A stretch of DNA of 64,000 bases from positions 278-64,277 of the forward strand of contig NZ_JBOHGA010000005.1 of assembly GCF_050699915.1 (NCBI RefSeq). The letters are read 5' to 3'. This DNA comes from Actinophytocola sp. Its GTDB lineage: Bacteria; Actinomycetota; Actinomycetes; Mycobacteriales; Pseudonocardiaceae. Made by a program: the position numbers and the translations under genes. Below are positions 19,944-30,927 of this stretch, in pieces (position 1 is the stretch's first letter; each line of letters begins with the position of its first letter). The notes under the pieces were generated by a model, which searched no databases, was not told where the DNA came from, and worked only from the letters and a program-made list of their open reading frames with translations.

Positions 19944-20561
19944 CTATGACGTGGCGCGCACCATGGACTCGCTAGCCTCCTCGAACGTCGTCGCGAACGC
20001 CGCCGGGTACCGCTCCCGCACCCGCTCGATGTGCCGGATCCGACTGGTCTCACCCCAGCGGAGCCGGTCGAAGTCGGTGAACGGCCGCTCGAGGGCGTCG
20101 AGGGCGTCCACCGTGGTGCGTAACTCGTTCCGCCACGCGGGGTCGTCCTCGGCGGGCGCCGCCACCAGCACCTCGACCCGGCGGACGAGCCGGTACTTCT
20201 CGGCCATCGCCTCCGGCGTGACCGAGCGCAGACACACGCCGAACTGGCCGCTCAGAAAGCCGGCCCAGTCCTCGGCGGCGTCCGCGTCGGCGGTCGGCAC
20301 CGTGCCGGCGGCGGCCAGGTAGCGGGCCCGGAACAGGGCGGGCAGCGCGTCGACGCCGCCGGCCTCGTCGACCAGCGCGAAGTAGTCCGGCGGGAAGCGG
20401 GCCTCGCCGGAGGGCAGCACGTACGTGGCCCGCGGTAAGCGGCCGGCGGAGATCAGGGCACGGACCTCGGCGACGCTCTCGGTCCGGCCGTGGCACAGCT
20501 CGTCCAACGTCCGGTACTCGGCGAGCACGTACCGGATGTCCGACTCGGAGAAGGTCACCAT
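19944..20561 (-). CDS. Hypothetical protein, resembles the DUF6058 family
   Basis: TFSESDIRYV, LPRATYVLPSG, FPPDYF, YGVC-like FGVCLRSVTPE, FTDFDR; family assignment recalled, not searched. Confidence 0.55.
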   Translation of the reverse strand: MVTFSESDIRYVLAEYRTLDELCHGRTESVAEVRALISAGRLPRATYVLPSGEARFPPDYFALVDEAGGVDALPALFRARYLAAAGTVPTADADAAEDWAGFLSGQFGVCLRSVTPEAMAEKYRLVRRVEVLVAAPAEDDPAWRNELRTTVDALDALERPFTDFDRLRWGETSRIRHIERVRERYPAAFATTFEEASESMVRATS

Positions 20562-20618
20562 GCCGCGAAGGCTAAGCGCGGGCACCGACAGTTCCGGAGG
20601 GCCGAGCCATCGGGCCGG

Positions 20619-20969
20619 TCATTCAGCCCCGGCGATGTTGCCGGAGACCACCAGAGCCACCACCGGCAACGCCCACGCCAGCACGAGCCACGGGTACGGA
20701 CGGCGGTCGCGTTTGACGGCGAAACCGCCGGCGAGGCCGCCGACGAGCAGTCCGGCGACGACGGCGCCGGCGGGAATCTGCCAGACCAGCTGCTGTGTCG
20801 CCGGCGAGCAGATGGGCCGGTCGGGATCACCGCTGCATGCGTCGCTCGCGATGGTCATGAACGCGCCCAACGACACCATGAAGGGCGCGGCGATGGCGAG
20901 GAGTCCCATGGTCAGCGCCAGCACCAACCCCCGCCGGTTCCGGCGGGCGCGCTGCTCGTCGGCGGTCAC
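20619..20969 (-). CDS. Small membrane protein (3 TM, C-x8-C loop)
   Basis: GTG overlaps the mptB stop; hydrophobic segments around DACSGDPDRPIC. Confidence 0.6.
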   Translation of the reverse strand: MTADEQRARRNRRGLVLALTMGLLAIAAPFMVSLGAFMTIASDACSGDPDRPICSPATQQLVWQIPAGAVVAGLLVGGLAGGFAVKRDRRPYPWLVLAWALPVVALVVSGNIAGAE

Positions 20970-22564
20970 CGGGTGACGCGGCGGGGCCGGCTCGGGATGT
21001 ACTTGCGCACCGCCAGCAGGGCCAGCCCGACCACGATCACCGCGGCCACGTACGAGTAAGGAAGCTGGTAGGTGCGCCCGTCGAACGTGGTCCCGGTCGG
21101 CGGCAGCGCCACCGCGAACGCCGCGCTGATCCCCATGGCCATCGTCCGGAAGCGGATGTTGCCGGCCGCCACCGCCAGCGGCAGCGCGGCCCACAGCAGG
21201 TACCACGGCTGCACGGTCGCGCCGAACACCAGCACCGCGCCCAGCGCCGCGCCAAGCCCGATCATCGGTCGCAGCCGCCACCGGAAGCTGTCCAGCAGGA
21301 GCTTCGCGGCGAGCAGCGGCCCGAGCAGCGTGCCAACCATGCGGCTGACCGTGATCGCCGCGTCGATGTGGTTGCCCAGGCCCAGCATGATGCCGAGCCC
21401 GCCCGCGCCGAACCCGAGCGCGGTCATCGGCGCCATCCAGCTCTTGATGGCGTTGGCAGTGTTCAACGTCATCGCCCAGCCGTAGCCGAGCCCGCTGCCC
21501 AGCGACGCGATCGTGAGCACGGCCAGGAACAACACCATCAGCACGGCGCCCGTGCTGAACAGATGGCTCCACCGCCCGCCCCGCCGCCGGGCGATCATCA
21601 CACCGAGGAAGCCGAGCGCCAGCGCCGCGGGGATCTTCACCGCGGCGCCCAGCGTGATGACCGTGGCGCCGATGCCGTACCAGAGCAGCTCGCCCTGTTG
21701 CCATGGCGGGAACGGCCCGTCCGGCGTCACCCGCGGCATCCGTTTCAGCGCGAGCTCGATGCCGACGAGCATCAGGCCGATCGCGAGCGCCTCGTTGTGC
21801 ACGCCCACGACCAGGTGGAACAGCACCAGTGGGTTCGCCGCGCCGAGCCACAGCGCGCTGACCGGGTTGATGCCGAACCGGCGGGCCAGCCGCGGCAGCG
21901 CCCACACGATCATGGCGAACCCGATCAGCGCCAGCAGCCGGTGGAACGCCACGCCCATGACCACGTGGTCGCCGGTGACCCAGGTGATGCCCTTGCCGAT
22001 CGTGATGAACAGCGGCCCGTACGGCGACGGCGTGTCCCGCCACATCGTGGGCACGGTGCGGGTCAGCGGGTCGGCGTTGCCGAGCGCCTCGGCGGGCCCG
22101 GTCGTGTACGGGTCCAGGCCGCGCGCGGCGATCTCGCTCTGCGCGAGGTAGCTGTACACGTCCTTCGAGAACATCGGGACCGTGAACACCAGGGGCGTGG
22201 TCCACATGATCAGCGTGCGGGCCATCTGCGGCAGCGACACCATGCGCTCGCGGCCGGGCAGCGACAGCCGGCCCAGCCCCAGCCAGGCCAGCACGATCAT
22301 GAACATGCCGGTGAACGCGAGCGCGATGGACACCGTCGGCATCCGGCTGAACAGGCTGAAGAAGGGCAGGCTCCACACCGGGTTGAACACCGGCGCGGCT
22401 CCGGCGCCGAGCGAGCCCGCGGCCAGCAGCAGCGAGCCGACCGTGCCGAACCGGCGGACCACGTCGAGCTGGCGCCGCTCGCGGTCGTCGAGTTGGTCGG
22501 TGCCGGGTTCGGGCACGGTGGCACGGCCGTTCACGTCCCCACGCACCGTGTTGCCCACCGCCAC
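20966..22564 (-). CDS. mptB: Polyprenol-phosphomannose alpha-1,6-mannosyltransferase MptB (start uncertain)
   Basis: MFSKDVYSYLAQ, PSPYGPLF, NPLVLFHLVVGVHNEAL, VQPWY; divergent from sufR as for Rv1459c. Confidence 0.88.
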   Translation of the reverse strand: MAVGNTVRGDVNGRATVPEPGTDQLDDRERRQLDVVRRFGTVGSLLLAAGSLGAGAAPVFNPVWSLPFFSLFSRMPTVSIALAFTGMFMIVLAWLGLGRLSLPGRERMVSLPQMARTLIMWTTPLVFTVPMFSKDVYSYLAQSEIAARGLDPYTTGPAEALGNADPLTRTVPTMWRDTPSPYGPLFITIGKGITWVTGDHVVMGVAFHRLLALIGFAMIVWALPRLARRFGINPVSALWLGAANPLVLFHLVVGVHNEALAIGLMLVGIELALKRMPRVTPDGPFPPWQQGELLWYGIGATVITLGAAVKIPAALALGFLGVMIARRRGGRWSHLFSTGAVLMVLFLAVLTIASLGSGLGYGWAMTLNTANAIKSWMAPMTALGFGAGGLGIMLGLGNHIDAAITVSRMVGTLLGPLLAAKLLLDSFRWRLRPMIGLGAALGAVLVFGATVQPWYLLWAALPLAVAAGNIRFRTMAMGISAAFAVALPPTGTTFDGRTYQLPYSYVAAVIVVGLALLAVRKYIPSRPRRVTR

Positions 22565-22640
22565 GCGGGAAGGGTATCGATCGGTCCCGACAGTGACGCC
22601 GCTCACCTCCGGGAACCCCGTCTTTGCGGGCCGGAACGAA

Positions 22641-22666
22641 ATACGACACACTGATGTTGTGAAAAA
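22641..22666 (+). promoter_or_regulatory. Leaderless suf promoter / SufR operator region
   Basis: CACACT -10-like hexamer 6 nt before GTG; acgacacactgatgttgtgaaaa resembles the mycobacterial sufR upstream motif (recalled). Confidence 0.6.
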
Positions 22667-23386
22667 CGAGCAGCAGGCCGAGGGCCGCACCAGGCATGGT
22701 GTGGCGCGTCTGCTGCTGGAGGAAGGGCCGATCGCCACGACCGCCGTCGCCGACACGCTGGGGCTGAGCCCAGCTGCTGTGCGCCGGCACCTGGACGTGC
22801 TGGTCGCCAACGGGGAGGCCGAGTTCCGCGACGCCCCCCGGCGCGGTCAGCGAGGTCGCGGCCGGCCGGCCAAGCTCTGGCTGCTGACCGAGACCGGCCG
22901 GGCCCGGTTCGGCCACGCCTACGACGACCTGGCCATCGCGGCCATCCGGTTCGTCGCGGAGGCCGGCGGCGAGACCGCCGTGCGCGCCTTCGCGGAGCGT
23001 CGGGCGGCCACGCTGGTCGACCGGCACCGCACCGCGGTGACCGCCCAAGCAGAGGTCACGGGCCGCGCCAAGGCCCTCGCGACCGCCCTCACGCGAGAGG
23101 GTTACGCTGCGTCGACGCGGCGGGTCGGGACAGGGGAGCAGCTCTGCCAGCACCACTGCCCGGTCGCTCACGTCGCCGCGGAGTTCCCCCAGCTGTGCGA
23201 GGTCGAGACGGCGGCGTTCGCCGACCTGCTCGGCACCCACGTCCAGCGGCTCGCGACCATCGCACGCGGAGACGCCGTGTGCACCACCCACGTACCGCTC
23301 GGCGGCCCCGAACCCGCAGAGCCGGGCGCGCAAGGGTTGATCCAGATCGACCCGCCTGCGACCACCACAACCGAAGGGACGCCTTC

Positions 23387-23390
<4 letters not shown>
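22659..23390 (+). CDS. sufR: SUF operon regulator SufR
   Basis: N-terminal HTH ([14 protein letters not shown]) with Cys motif QHHCPV...LCEVE...CTTHV. Confidence 0.9.
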
Positions 23391-24829
<1,439 letters not shown>

Positions 24830-25987
24830 ATGACGTCCGTTGCACAGACACCGCACTCGCATGGCGCGGTGGTTCCGAAGGCGTCCAGGGCCGAACATTT
24901 CGCCTCCTTCGACGTCGAAGCGTTCGAGATTCCCGGTGGTCGCGAGGAGATCTGGCGCTTCACGCCGATGAAGCGCCTGCGCGGCCTGCACGACGGGACC
25001 GCACGAGCCTCCGGCGACCTGACCGTCGAGGTCGACGGTCCGGACGTGACCGTCGAGTCCGTCGGCCGCGACGACGAGCGGCTCGGCAAGGCGGGCACCC
25101 CGGGCGACCGGATCGCCGCACAGGCGTACTCGTCGTTCGGTAAGGCCACGATCGTGACCGTGCCGAAGGAGACGAAGGCCGGCGTCGCAACGGTGACGAT
25201 CACCGGCCCCGGCGAGGGCGAGGTCGCCTACGGGCACCTGCAGGTCCACGCCGAGCAGTTCGCCGAGGCGGTCGTCGTGCTCGACCATCGGGGGAGCGGC
25301 ACGGTCGCCGACAACGTCGAGATCCTCGTCGGCGACGGCGCGAAGCTCACCGTGGTCAGCGTGCACGACTGGGCCGACGACGCGGTCCAGGTTTCCGCGC
25401 ACCACGCGAAGCTCGGCCGGGACGCGACGTTGCGGCACCACCTCGTGGCGCTGGGCGGTGACGTGGTGCGGATCAGCCCGACCGTGGTCTACGCGGGCCC
25501 GGGCGGCGACGCTCAGCTCAACGGGTTGTACTTCGCCGACGCGGGCCAGCACATCGAGCTGCGTACATTCGCCGACCACGCCCAGCCGAACTGCAAGTCC
25601 GACGTGGTCTACAAGGGCGCGCTGCAGGGCGATGGCGCTCGGACCGTCTGGATCGGCGACGTGCTGATCCGCGCGGCAGCCGAGGGCACCGAGACGTTCG
25701 AGCTGAACCGGAACCTGGTGCTCACCGAGGGCGCGCGCGCCGACTCGGTGCCGAACCTGGAGATCGAGACCGGCGAGATCGCGGGCGCCGGGCACGCGAG
25801 TGCCACCGGCCGGTTCGACGACGAGCAGCTGTTCTACCTGCAGGCACGGGGAATCCCGGAGGACTCGGCCCGCCGGCTGGTCGTCCGCGGCTTCTTCCAC
25901 GAGCTGCTGATGAAGATCGCCGTCCCGGAGATCCGGGAGCGCTTGGAGGCGGCCATCGAGGAAGAGCTCGAGGCGGTCGGGGTATGA
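24830..25987 (+). CDS. sufD: Fe-S cluster assembly protein SufD
   Basis: REEIWRFTP, YKGALQG, PNLEIETGEI, GHASATG. Confidence 0.95.
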   Translation: MTSVAQTPHSHGAVVPKASRAEHFASFDVEAFEIPGGREEIWRFTPMKRLRGLHDGTARASGDLTVEVDGPDVTVESVGRDDERLGKAGTPGDRIAAQAYSSFGKATIVTVPKETKAGVATVTITGPGEGEVAYGHLQVHAEQFAEAVVVLDHRGSGTVADNVEILVGDGAKLTVVSVHDWADDAVQVSAHHAKLGRDATLRHHLVALGGDVVRISPTVVYAGPGGDAQLNGLYFADAGQHIELRTFADHAQPNCKSDVVYKGALQGDGARTVWIGDVLIRAAAEGTETFELNRNLVLTEGARADSVPNLEIETGEIAGAGHASATGRFDDEQLFYLQARGIPEDSARRLVVRGFFHELLMKIAVPEIRERLEAAIEEELEAVGV

Positions 25988-26298
25988 GTCGCGCGTGTGC
26001 ACTGTCCGATCTGGACGACGGCAAGCCGTTCGCCGTCGAGGTGGATGAGGTCGACGTGGTGCTGGTGCGCCAGGGCGACGCGGTGCACGCGCTGCGCGAC
26101 GAGTGCTCGCACGCCGAGCTGGCTCTGTCGGAGGGCGAGCTGACGCCCAAGGGCATCGAGTGCTGGCTGCACGGGTCCTGTTTCGACCTGCGCACCGGCG
26201 CGCCCTCCTCGCCGCCGGCCACCGAGCCGGTCGAGGTGTTCCCCATCGAGATCCGCGACGGTGAGGTCCACGTGGACGTCACCGCCGCCACGAACTGA
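25984..26298 (+). CDS. Rieske-type [2Fe-2S] ferredoxin
   Basis: CSH...CWLHGS ligand set. Confidence 0.92.
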   Translation: MSRACALSDLDDGKPFAVEVDEVDVVLVRQGDAVHALRDECSHAELALSEGELTPKGIECWLHGSCFDLRTGAPSSPPATEPVEVFPIEIRDGEVHVDVTAATN

Positions 26299-26326
26299 CT
26301 TACCCACCAAGGAGAAAGCAACAGAG

Positions 26327-27100
26327 ATGGCCACGCTGGAGATCAAGGGTCTGCACGTCTCCGTCACCACCGACGAGACGAAGAAGGAGATCCTGTCCGG
26401 GGTCGACCTGACCATCAAGGCGGGCGAGACGCACGCCATCATGGGCCCCAACGGGTCCGGCAAGTCCACGCTGTCCTACGCGGTCGCCGGCCACCCCAAG
26501 TACGAGGTGACCTCCGGCGAGGTGCTGCTCGATGGCGAGGACGTGCTGTCGATGACCGTCGACGAGCGCGCCCGCGCGGGCCTGTTCCTCGCCATGCAGT
26601 ACCCGGTCGAGGTGCCCGGTGTGTCGATGTCGAACTTCCTGCGCACCGCGGTCACCGCCGTGCGCGGCGAGGCGCCGAAGCTGCGGCACTGGGTCAAGGA
26701 GGTCAAGGAGGCGATGTCCGACTTGGACATCGACCCAGCCTTCGCCGACCGCAGCGTGAACGAGGGCTTCTCCGGCGGTGAGAAGAAGCGGCACGAGATC
26801 CTGCAGCTCGCCCTGCTCAAGCCGAAGATCGCGATCCTCGACGAGACCGACTCCGGCCTCGACGTGGACGCGCTGCGCGTGGTGAGCGAGGGCATTCACA
26901 AGGTCAAGGAGAGCGGCGAGGTCGGCATCATGCTGATCACCCACTACACCCGGATCCTGCGCCACATCACGCCGGACTTCGTGCACGTGTTCGCCGGTGG
27001 CCGGATCGTCGAGTCGGGCGGCGCGGAGCTCGCCGACCAGCTCGAGGAGCACGGTTACGTGCGGTTCACCGGCAAGCAGGAGCCGGCCAGCATCGGCTGA
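26327..27100 (+). CDS. sufC: Fe-S cluster assembly ATPase SufC
   Basis: GPNGSGKST, FSGGEKKR, LDETDSGLD. Confidence 0.97.
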   Translation: MATLEIKGLHVSVTTDETKKEILSGVDLTIKAGETHAIMGPNGSGKSTLSYAVAGHPKYEVTSGEVLLDGEDVLSMTVDERARAGLFLAMQYPVEVPGVSMSNFLRTAVTAVRGEAPKLRHWVKEVKEAMSDLDIDPAFADRSVNEGFSGGEKKRHEILQLALLKPKIAILDETDSGLDVDALRVVSEGIHKVKESGEVGIMLITHYTRILRHITPDFVHVFAGGRIVESGGAELADQLEEHGYVRFTGKQEPASIG

Positions 27101-27118
27101 GAATCGAGGGGTTCCCGG

Positions 27119-28378
27119 ATGAGCACCACCACAGCCGCACCGCTGGATGTCGAGACGATCCGCAAGGACTTCCCGATCCTGTCCCGGCTGGTGCACGGCG
27201 ACCGGCCGCTGGTGTACCTGGACAACGCGGCGACCTCGCAGAAGCCGCGGCAGGTGCTGGACGCGCTGGTCGAGTACTACGAGAAGCACAACGCCAACGT
27301 CCACCGCGGCATCCACACCCTGGCCGAGGAGGCCACCGCGCTGTACGAGGGCGCGCGGGACAAGGTGGCCGGCTTCATCGGCGCGCCGAGCCGCGACGAG
27401 GTGGTGTTCACCAAGAACTCGTCCGAGGCCATGAACCTGGTGGCCCGGGTGCTCGGCGACGCCGACCCCGGCTACCGGGTCGGTCCCGGCGACGAGATCG
27501 TCATCACCGAGATGGAGCACCACTCCAACATCGTGCCGTGGCACCAGCTCGCGGAGCGGACCGGCGCGACCGTGCGGTGGTTCCGGATCACCGACGACGG
27601 CCGACTCGATCTGTCCACTCTGGACTCCGTGATCACGGAGCGGACGAAGATCGTGTCGATGGTGCACGTGTCGAACCTGCTCGGCACGATCAACCCGGTC
27701 GAGCGGGTCATCGCCCGCGCCCACGAGGTCGGCGCGCTGGTGCTGCTGGACGCCTCGCAGTCCGTGCCGCACCTGCCACTGAACGTGGTCGAGCTGGGCG
27801 CCGACTTCGTCGCGTTCACCGGCCACAAGATGCTGGGCCCGACGGGGATCGGCGTGCTGTGGGGCCGCCACCAGCTGCTGAACGAGCTGCCCCCGTTCCT
27901 CGGCGGCGGCGAGATGATCGAGCTGGTCACCATGGAGCGGTCGACGTTCGCCGCCCCGCCGCACAAGTTCGAGGCCGGCACTCCGCCGATCGCGGAGGCG
28001 GTCGGGCTCGGTGCCGCGGTCGACTACCTCACCGGCGTCGGCATGCCGGCGATCGCCGCGCACGAGCACGCGCTCACGGAGTACGTGCTGGCGGCGCTCG
28101 CCGAGGTGCCCGGTGTGCGGATCATCGGCCCGCCGACCGCGCAGGACCGGGTCGCCGAGGTGTCGTTCTCGGTCGAGGGCATCCACCCGCACGACGTGGG
28201 CCAGGTGCTCGACGAGCTGGGCATCGCGGTGCGGGTCGGTCACCACTGCGCACGGCCGGCCGTCGTGCGGTACGGAATTCCGGCGACCACCAGGGCGTCG
28301 TTCTACCTGTACAACACCCCCGCCGAGGCGGACGCCCTCGTCGCGGGCCTGGCGCAGGTGAAAAAGGTCTTCGGATGA
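27119..28378 (+). CDS. sufS: Cysteine desulfurase SufS
   Basis: YLDNAATSQKP, NVHRG, FTGHKMLGP, RVGHHCA. Confidence 0.96.
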   Translation: MSTTTAAPLDVETIRKDFPILSRLVHGDRPLVYLDNAATSQKPRQVLDALVEYYEKHNANVHRGIHTLAEEATALYEGARDKVAGFIGAPSRDEVVFTKNSSEAMNLVARVLGDADPGYRVGPGDEIVITEMEHHSNIVPWHQLAERTGATVRWFRITDDGRLDLSTLDSVITERTKIVSMVHVSNLLGTINPVERVIARAHEVGALVLLDASQSVPHLPLNVVELGADFVAFTGHKMLGPTGIGVLWGRHQLLNELPPFLGGGEMIELVTMERSTFAAPPHKFEAGTPPIAEAVGLGAAVDYLTGVGMPAIAAHEHALTEYVLAALAEVPGVRIIGPPTAQDRVAEVSFSVEGIHPHDVGQVLDELGIAVRVGHHCARPAVVRYGIPATTRASFYLYNTPAEADALVAGLAQVKKVFG

Positions 28379-28503
28379 ACTCGAAACAGGTCCCTAAGGG
28401 GAACGGGACGCGAACCGGCCACAAGTACGTGGCCAAGCCGCACCCGACGGCGGAACGTGACCAACGCTTTGAGTCGCGGGGAGGCGGGACGGTCTTCACA
28501 TGA
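28375..28503 (+). other. MIRU-like intercistronic element with a 42-aa ORF coupled to sufS and sufU
   Basis: ATGA overlaps at both ends; MNSKQVPKGNGTRTGHKYVAKPHPTAERDQRFESRGGGTVFT; contains the repeat core; ends are imperfect direct repeats. Confidence 0.65.
28393..28429 (+). repeat. Interspersed repeat core, copy 1
   Basis: cctaaggggaacgggacgcgaaccggccacaagtacg; 32/37 identical to the reverse complement of 54238-54274. Confidence 0.8.
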
Positions 28504-28943
28504 ACCTCGAGTCCATGTACCAGGAGATCATCCTGGACCACTACAAGAACCCGCACGGGCGCGGTCTGCGCGAGCCGTTCGACGCCGAGTCCTTTCAGGT
28601 CAACCCGACGTGCGGGGACGAGGTGACACTGCGCGTCGCGGTGTCGGACGACAAGGTCGCTGACGTGTCGTACGAGGGGCAGGGCTGTTCGATCAGCCAG
28701 GCCTCGACGTCGGTGCTGACGGACCTGGTGACCGGCCGGCCCGTCGGCGAGGCACTGTCCACGATGGACGCCTTCGTAGAGATGGTGCAGGGCCGCGGCC
28801 AGGTCGAGCCGAACGAGGAAGTACTGGAGGACGGCGTCGCGTTCGCCGGCGTCGCGAAGTACCCGGCCCGCGTGAAGTGCGCGCTGCTGGGTTGGATGGC
28901 GTTCAAGGACGCGGTGTCCCGAGCGGAAGGAGCCACCCGATGA
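28500..28943 (+). CDS. sufU: SUF system NifU-like protein SufU
   Basis: YQEIILDHY, NPTCGDE, GCSISQAS, RVKCALL. Confidence 0.95.
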   Translation: MNLESMYQEIILDHYKNPHGRGLREPFDAESFQVNPTCGDEVTLRVAVSDDKVADVSYEGQGCSISQASTSVLTDLVTGRPVGEALSTMDAFVEMVQGRGQVEPNEEVLEDGVAFAGVAKYPARVKCALLGWMAFKDAVSRAEGATR

Positions 28944-29323
28944 CCGATGTGGACCGCGGCGTGGAGTCGCTGCCCGAACCCCCCGCCCCCAAGGCCGACG
29001 TGGCCGCGATCGAGGACCTCGAGGAGGCCATGCGCGACGTGGTCGACCCCGAGCTCGGGATCAACGTCGTGGACCTCGGCCTGGTGTACGACATCCGGGT
29101 GGAGGAGGACAACACCGCGACCCTGGACATGACGCTGACGTCGGCGGCCTGCCCGCTGACGGACGTCATCGAGGACCAGACCCGCGCGGCGCTGACCGCC
29201 GGCCCGGGCGGCGGCCTAGTCGGCGACTTCCGGATCAACTGGGTCTGGATGCCGCCGTGGGGCCCGGAGAAGATCACCGACGACGGCCGCGAGCAGCTGC
29301 GCGCGCTGGGCTTCACGATCTAG
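28940..29323 (+). CDS. sufT: DUF59 Fe-S maturation protein SufT
   Basis: DPELGINVVDLGLVY, TSAACPL, WMPPW. Confidence 0.92.
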   Translation: MTDVDRGVESLPEPPAPKADVAAIEDLEEAMRDVVDPELGINVVDLGLVYDIRVEEDNTATLDMTLTSAACPLTDVIEDQTRAALTAGPGGGLVGDFRINWVWMPPWGPEKITDDGREQLRALGFTI

Positions 29324-29332
29324 CCGGACCCG

Positions 29333-29722
29333 TCACGCCGGGGTGGCGCTCACCCCGGTCTCGCTCAGCACGCCCTTGTAGTAGCCGATCTTCCCGCGGA
29401 TGTGCTCCTGCTCGGAGTGCAGCTGCGCGATCTTCGCGTCGACGTCCCGGTCGTGCTCCTCGAGCAGCTCGATCCGTTCCGGGATCGTCTCCTCGCCGCC
29501 GCGGGCCAGCTCCGCGAACCGGATCATCCGCTGGATCGGCATGCCGGTCTCGCGCAGGCAGCGCAGGATCATCAGCCAGCCCAGGTCGTCCTCGGTGAAG
29601 ACTCGCTGGCCGCCGGAGTTGCGTTCGATGTCGTCGAGCAGGCCGATCCGCTCGTAGTAGCGCAGGGTGTCGATGCTGAACCCCGTCCGCTCGGCGATCT
29701 GGCCGGGTGAGTAGCGCCGCAT
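29333..29722 (-). CDS. MerR family transcriptional regulator
   Basis: TLRYYERIGLL, RNSGGQRVF, LRETGMPI. Confidence 0.93.
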   Translation of the reverse strand: MRRYSPGQIAERTGFSIDTLRYYERIGLLDDIERNSGGQRVFTEDDLGWLMILRCLRETGMPIQRMIRFAELARGGEETIPERIELLEEHDRDVDAKIAQLHSEQEHIRGKIGYYKGVLSETGVSATPA

Positions 29723-29763
29723 GGGTGAAGTCTAGGCGGGCCGGCGGACGGCGCGGCCCCGAT

Positions 29764-30927
29764 CTATCGCCGGAACGCCATGGTCCGGCGCAGCGGCCAC
29801 GGCGCCGCGCGGAAGAGGGCGGCCATCGCGGCCGCGGCGCCGGGGAGGTCCTCGCGGCCGGAGAGGTAGGCGTACTGGCGTTCCCGCGGGAGCGCGAAGA
29901 AGAGCTCGAAGAAGTCCGGCAGCCGTTCGGGCGGGAGGGCGAGCAGGGTGTGCAGTCCCGCGCGGCGGAGCCGGAACACCGCCCGGGCCCGGGCCGACCA
30001 GATCGTCTGCCGCGCCGCCTCGGCCCCGCCGTCGACGATCGCGTCAGCCACCCGAGGCGCGAGCCGCAGGGCGTCGCTCACGCCGAACCCGGTGGCCGGA
30101 TGCACGAGCCCAGCGGCGGCCCCGAACGGCACGACATTCCACTCGCGACCCGAAGTTGTCCACAGCCCCCGCGCATACCCCAGGAGCGTCGGCCCCCACC
30201 GGTAGACTGGCATCGGGGACGCCCCCCGGGAACGGGTGGGGGCTGGGTACCGGGGGTTGACGCGGGTCGGCAGGGGGATGCGGACCCGTTCCACCTGGGC
30301 GTCGCCGGGGTCGATGTCGTGTCGGGCCAGGCGGGTCAGGAGTCGGTCCCGCAGTTCGGTCGTGGGTAGACCCGGGCGGCGGGCCAGCGAGGTCTCCTCC
30401 AGCAGCACGCGGCCGTCCGGCAGCGGGACGGCGTAGAGAAACGTGGCCGGGCCGGGGCGCGGCTGGCGCCAGTCCATGAAGACCGCCTCGCCCGGCCCGA
30501 CGATCGGCGCGGCGACAGCGGCCGGCACGAGGACCCCGTACGCGGTCTGCTCGGCCGCCTCAGCCGGCCGCCGCGCACCGGTCGCGTCGATCACCACCGG
30601 CGCGTCGACGTCCCCGAGCCGGCCGGTGCGCACCTCCACAGCCGGGTGCGAGAGCGCCGCCCGCACCGACGGGTTGTCCAGTACCGCGTACTCGCGAGCC
30701 AGCCATCGCGCAGAGCCGGCGAAAACCCGCGCCCGGGCCACGACGTACCCGGCTCCCGGCGGGAGGAGCTGGGCCTCGTCGAGCCACATGCCGTAGGTGG
30801 CGGGCCAGGGTGCGGCCGGCCGCGGCGCCAACAGCACCGTGCGCAGGCCGCGCGACGCACAAGCCCGCGCGACCGCCCAACCCGCCGGCCCCGCCCCGGC
30901 GACGACGACATCCGCGGCGACACCCAT
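29764..30927 (-). CDS. Lycopene cyclase family FAD protein with an apparent ~39-aa in-frame insertion
   Basis: VAGAGPAG, TYGMW, FLYAVP, EETSL, GAAAGLVHPATG, FFELFF. Confidence 0.85.
   Translation of the reverse strand: MGVAADVVVAGAGPAGWAVARACASRGLRTVLLAPRPAAPWPATYGMWLDEAQLLPPGAGYVVARARVFAGSARWLAREYAVLDNPSVRAALSHPAVEVRTGRLGDVDAPVVIDATGARRPAEAAEQTAYGVLVPAAVAAPIVGPGEAVFMDWRQPRPGPATFLYAVPLPDGRVLLEETSLARRPGLPTTELRDRLLTRLARHDIDPGDAQVERVRIPLPTRVNPRYPAPTRSRGASPMPVYRWGPTLLGYARGLWTTSGREWNVVPFGAAAGLVHPATGFGVSDALRLAPRVADAIVDGGAEAARQTIWSARARAVFRLRRAGLHTLLALPPERLPDFFELFFALPRERQYAYLSGREDLPGAAAAMAALFRAAPWPLRRTMAFRR

Noticed and set aside
28379-28474. Multi-stem fold resembling a tRNA cloverleaf
   Set aside because: No TPsiC (GTTCRA) arm, no recognisable D-loop or CCA; better explained as the repeat element.
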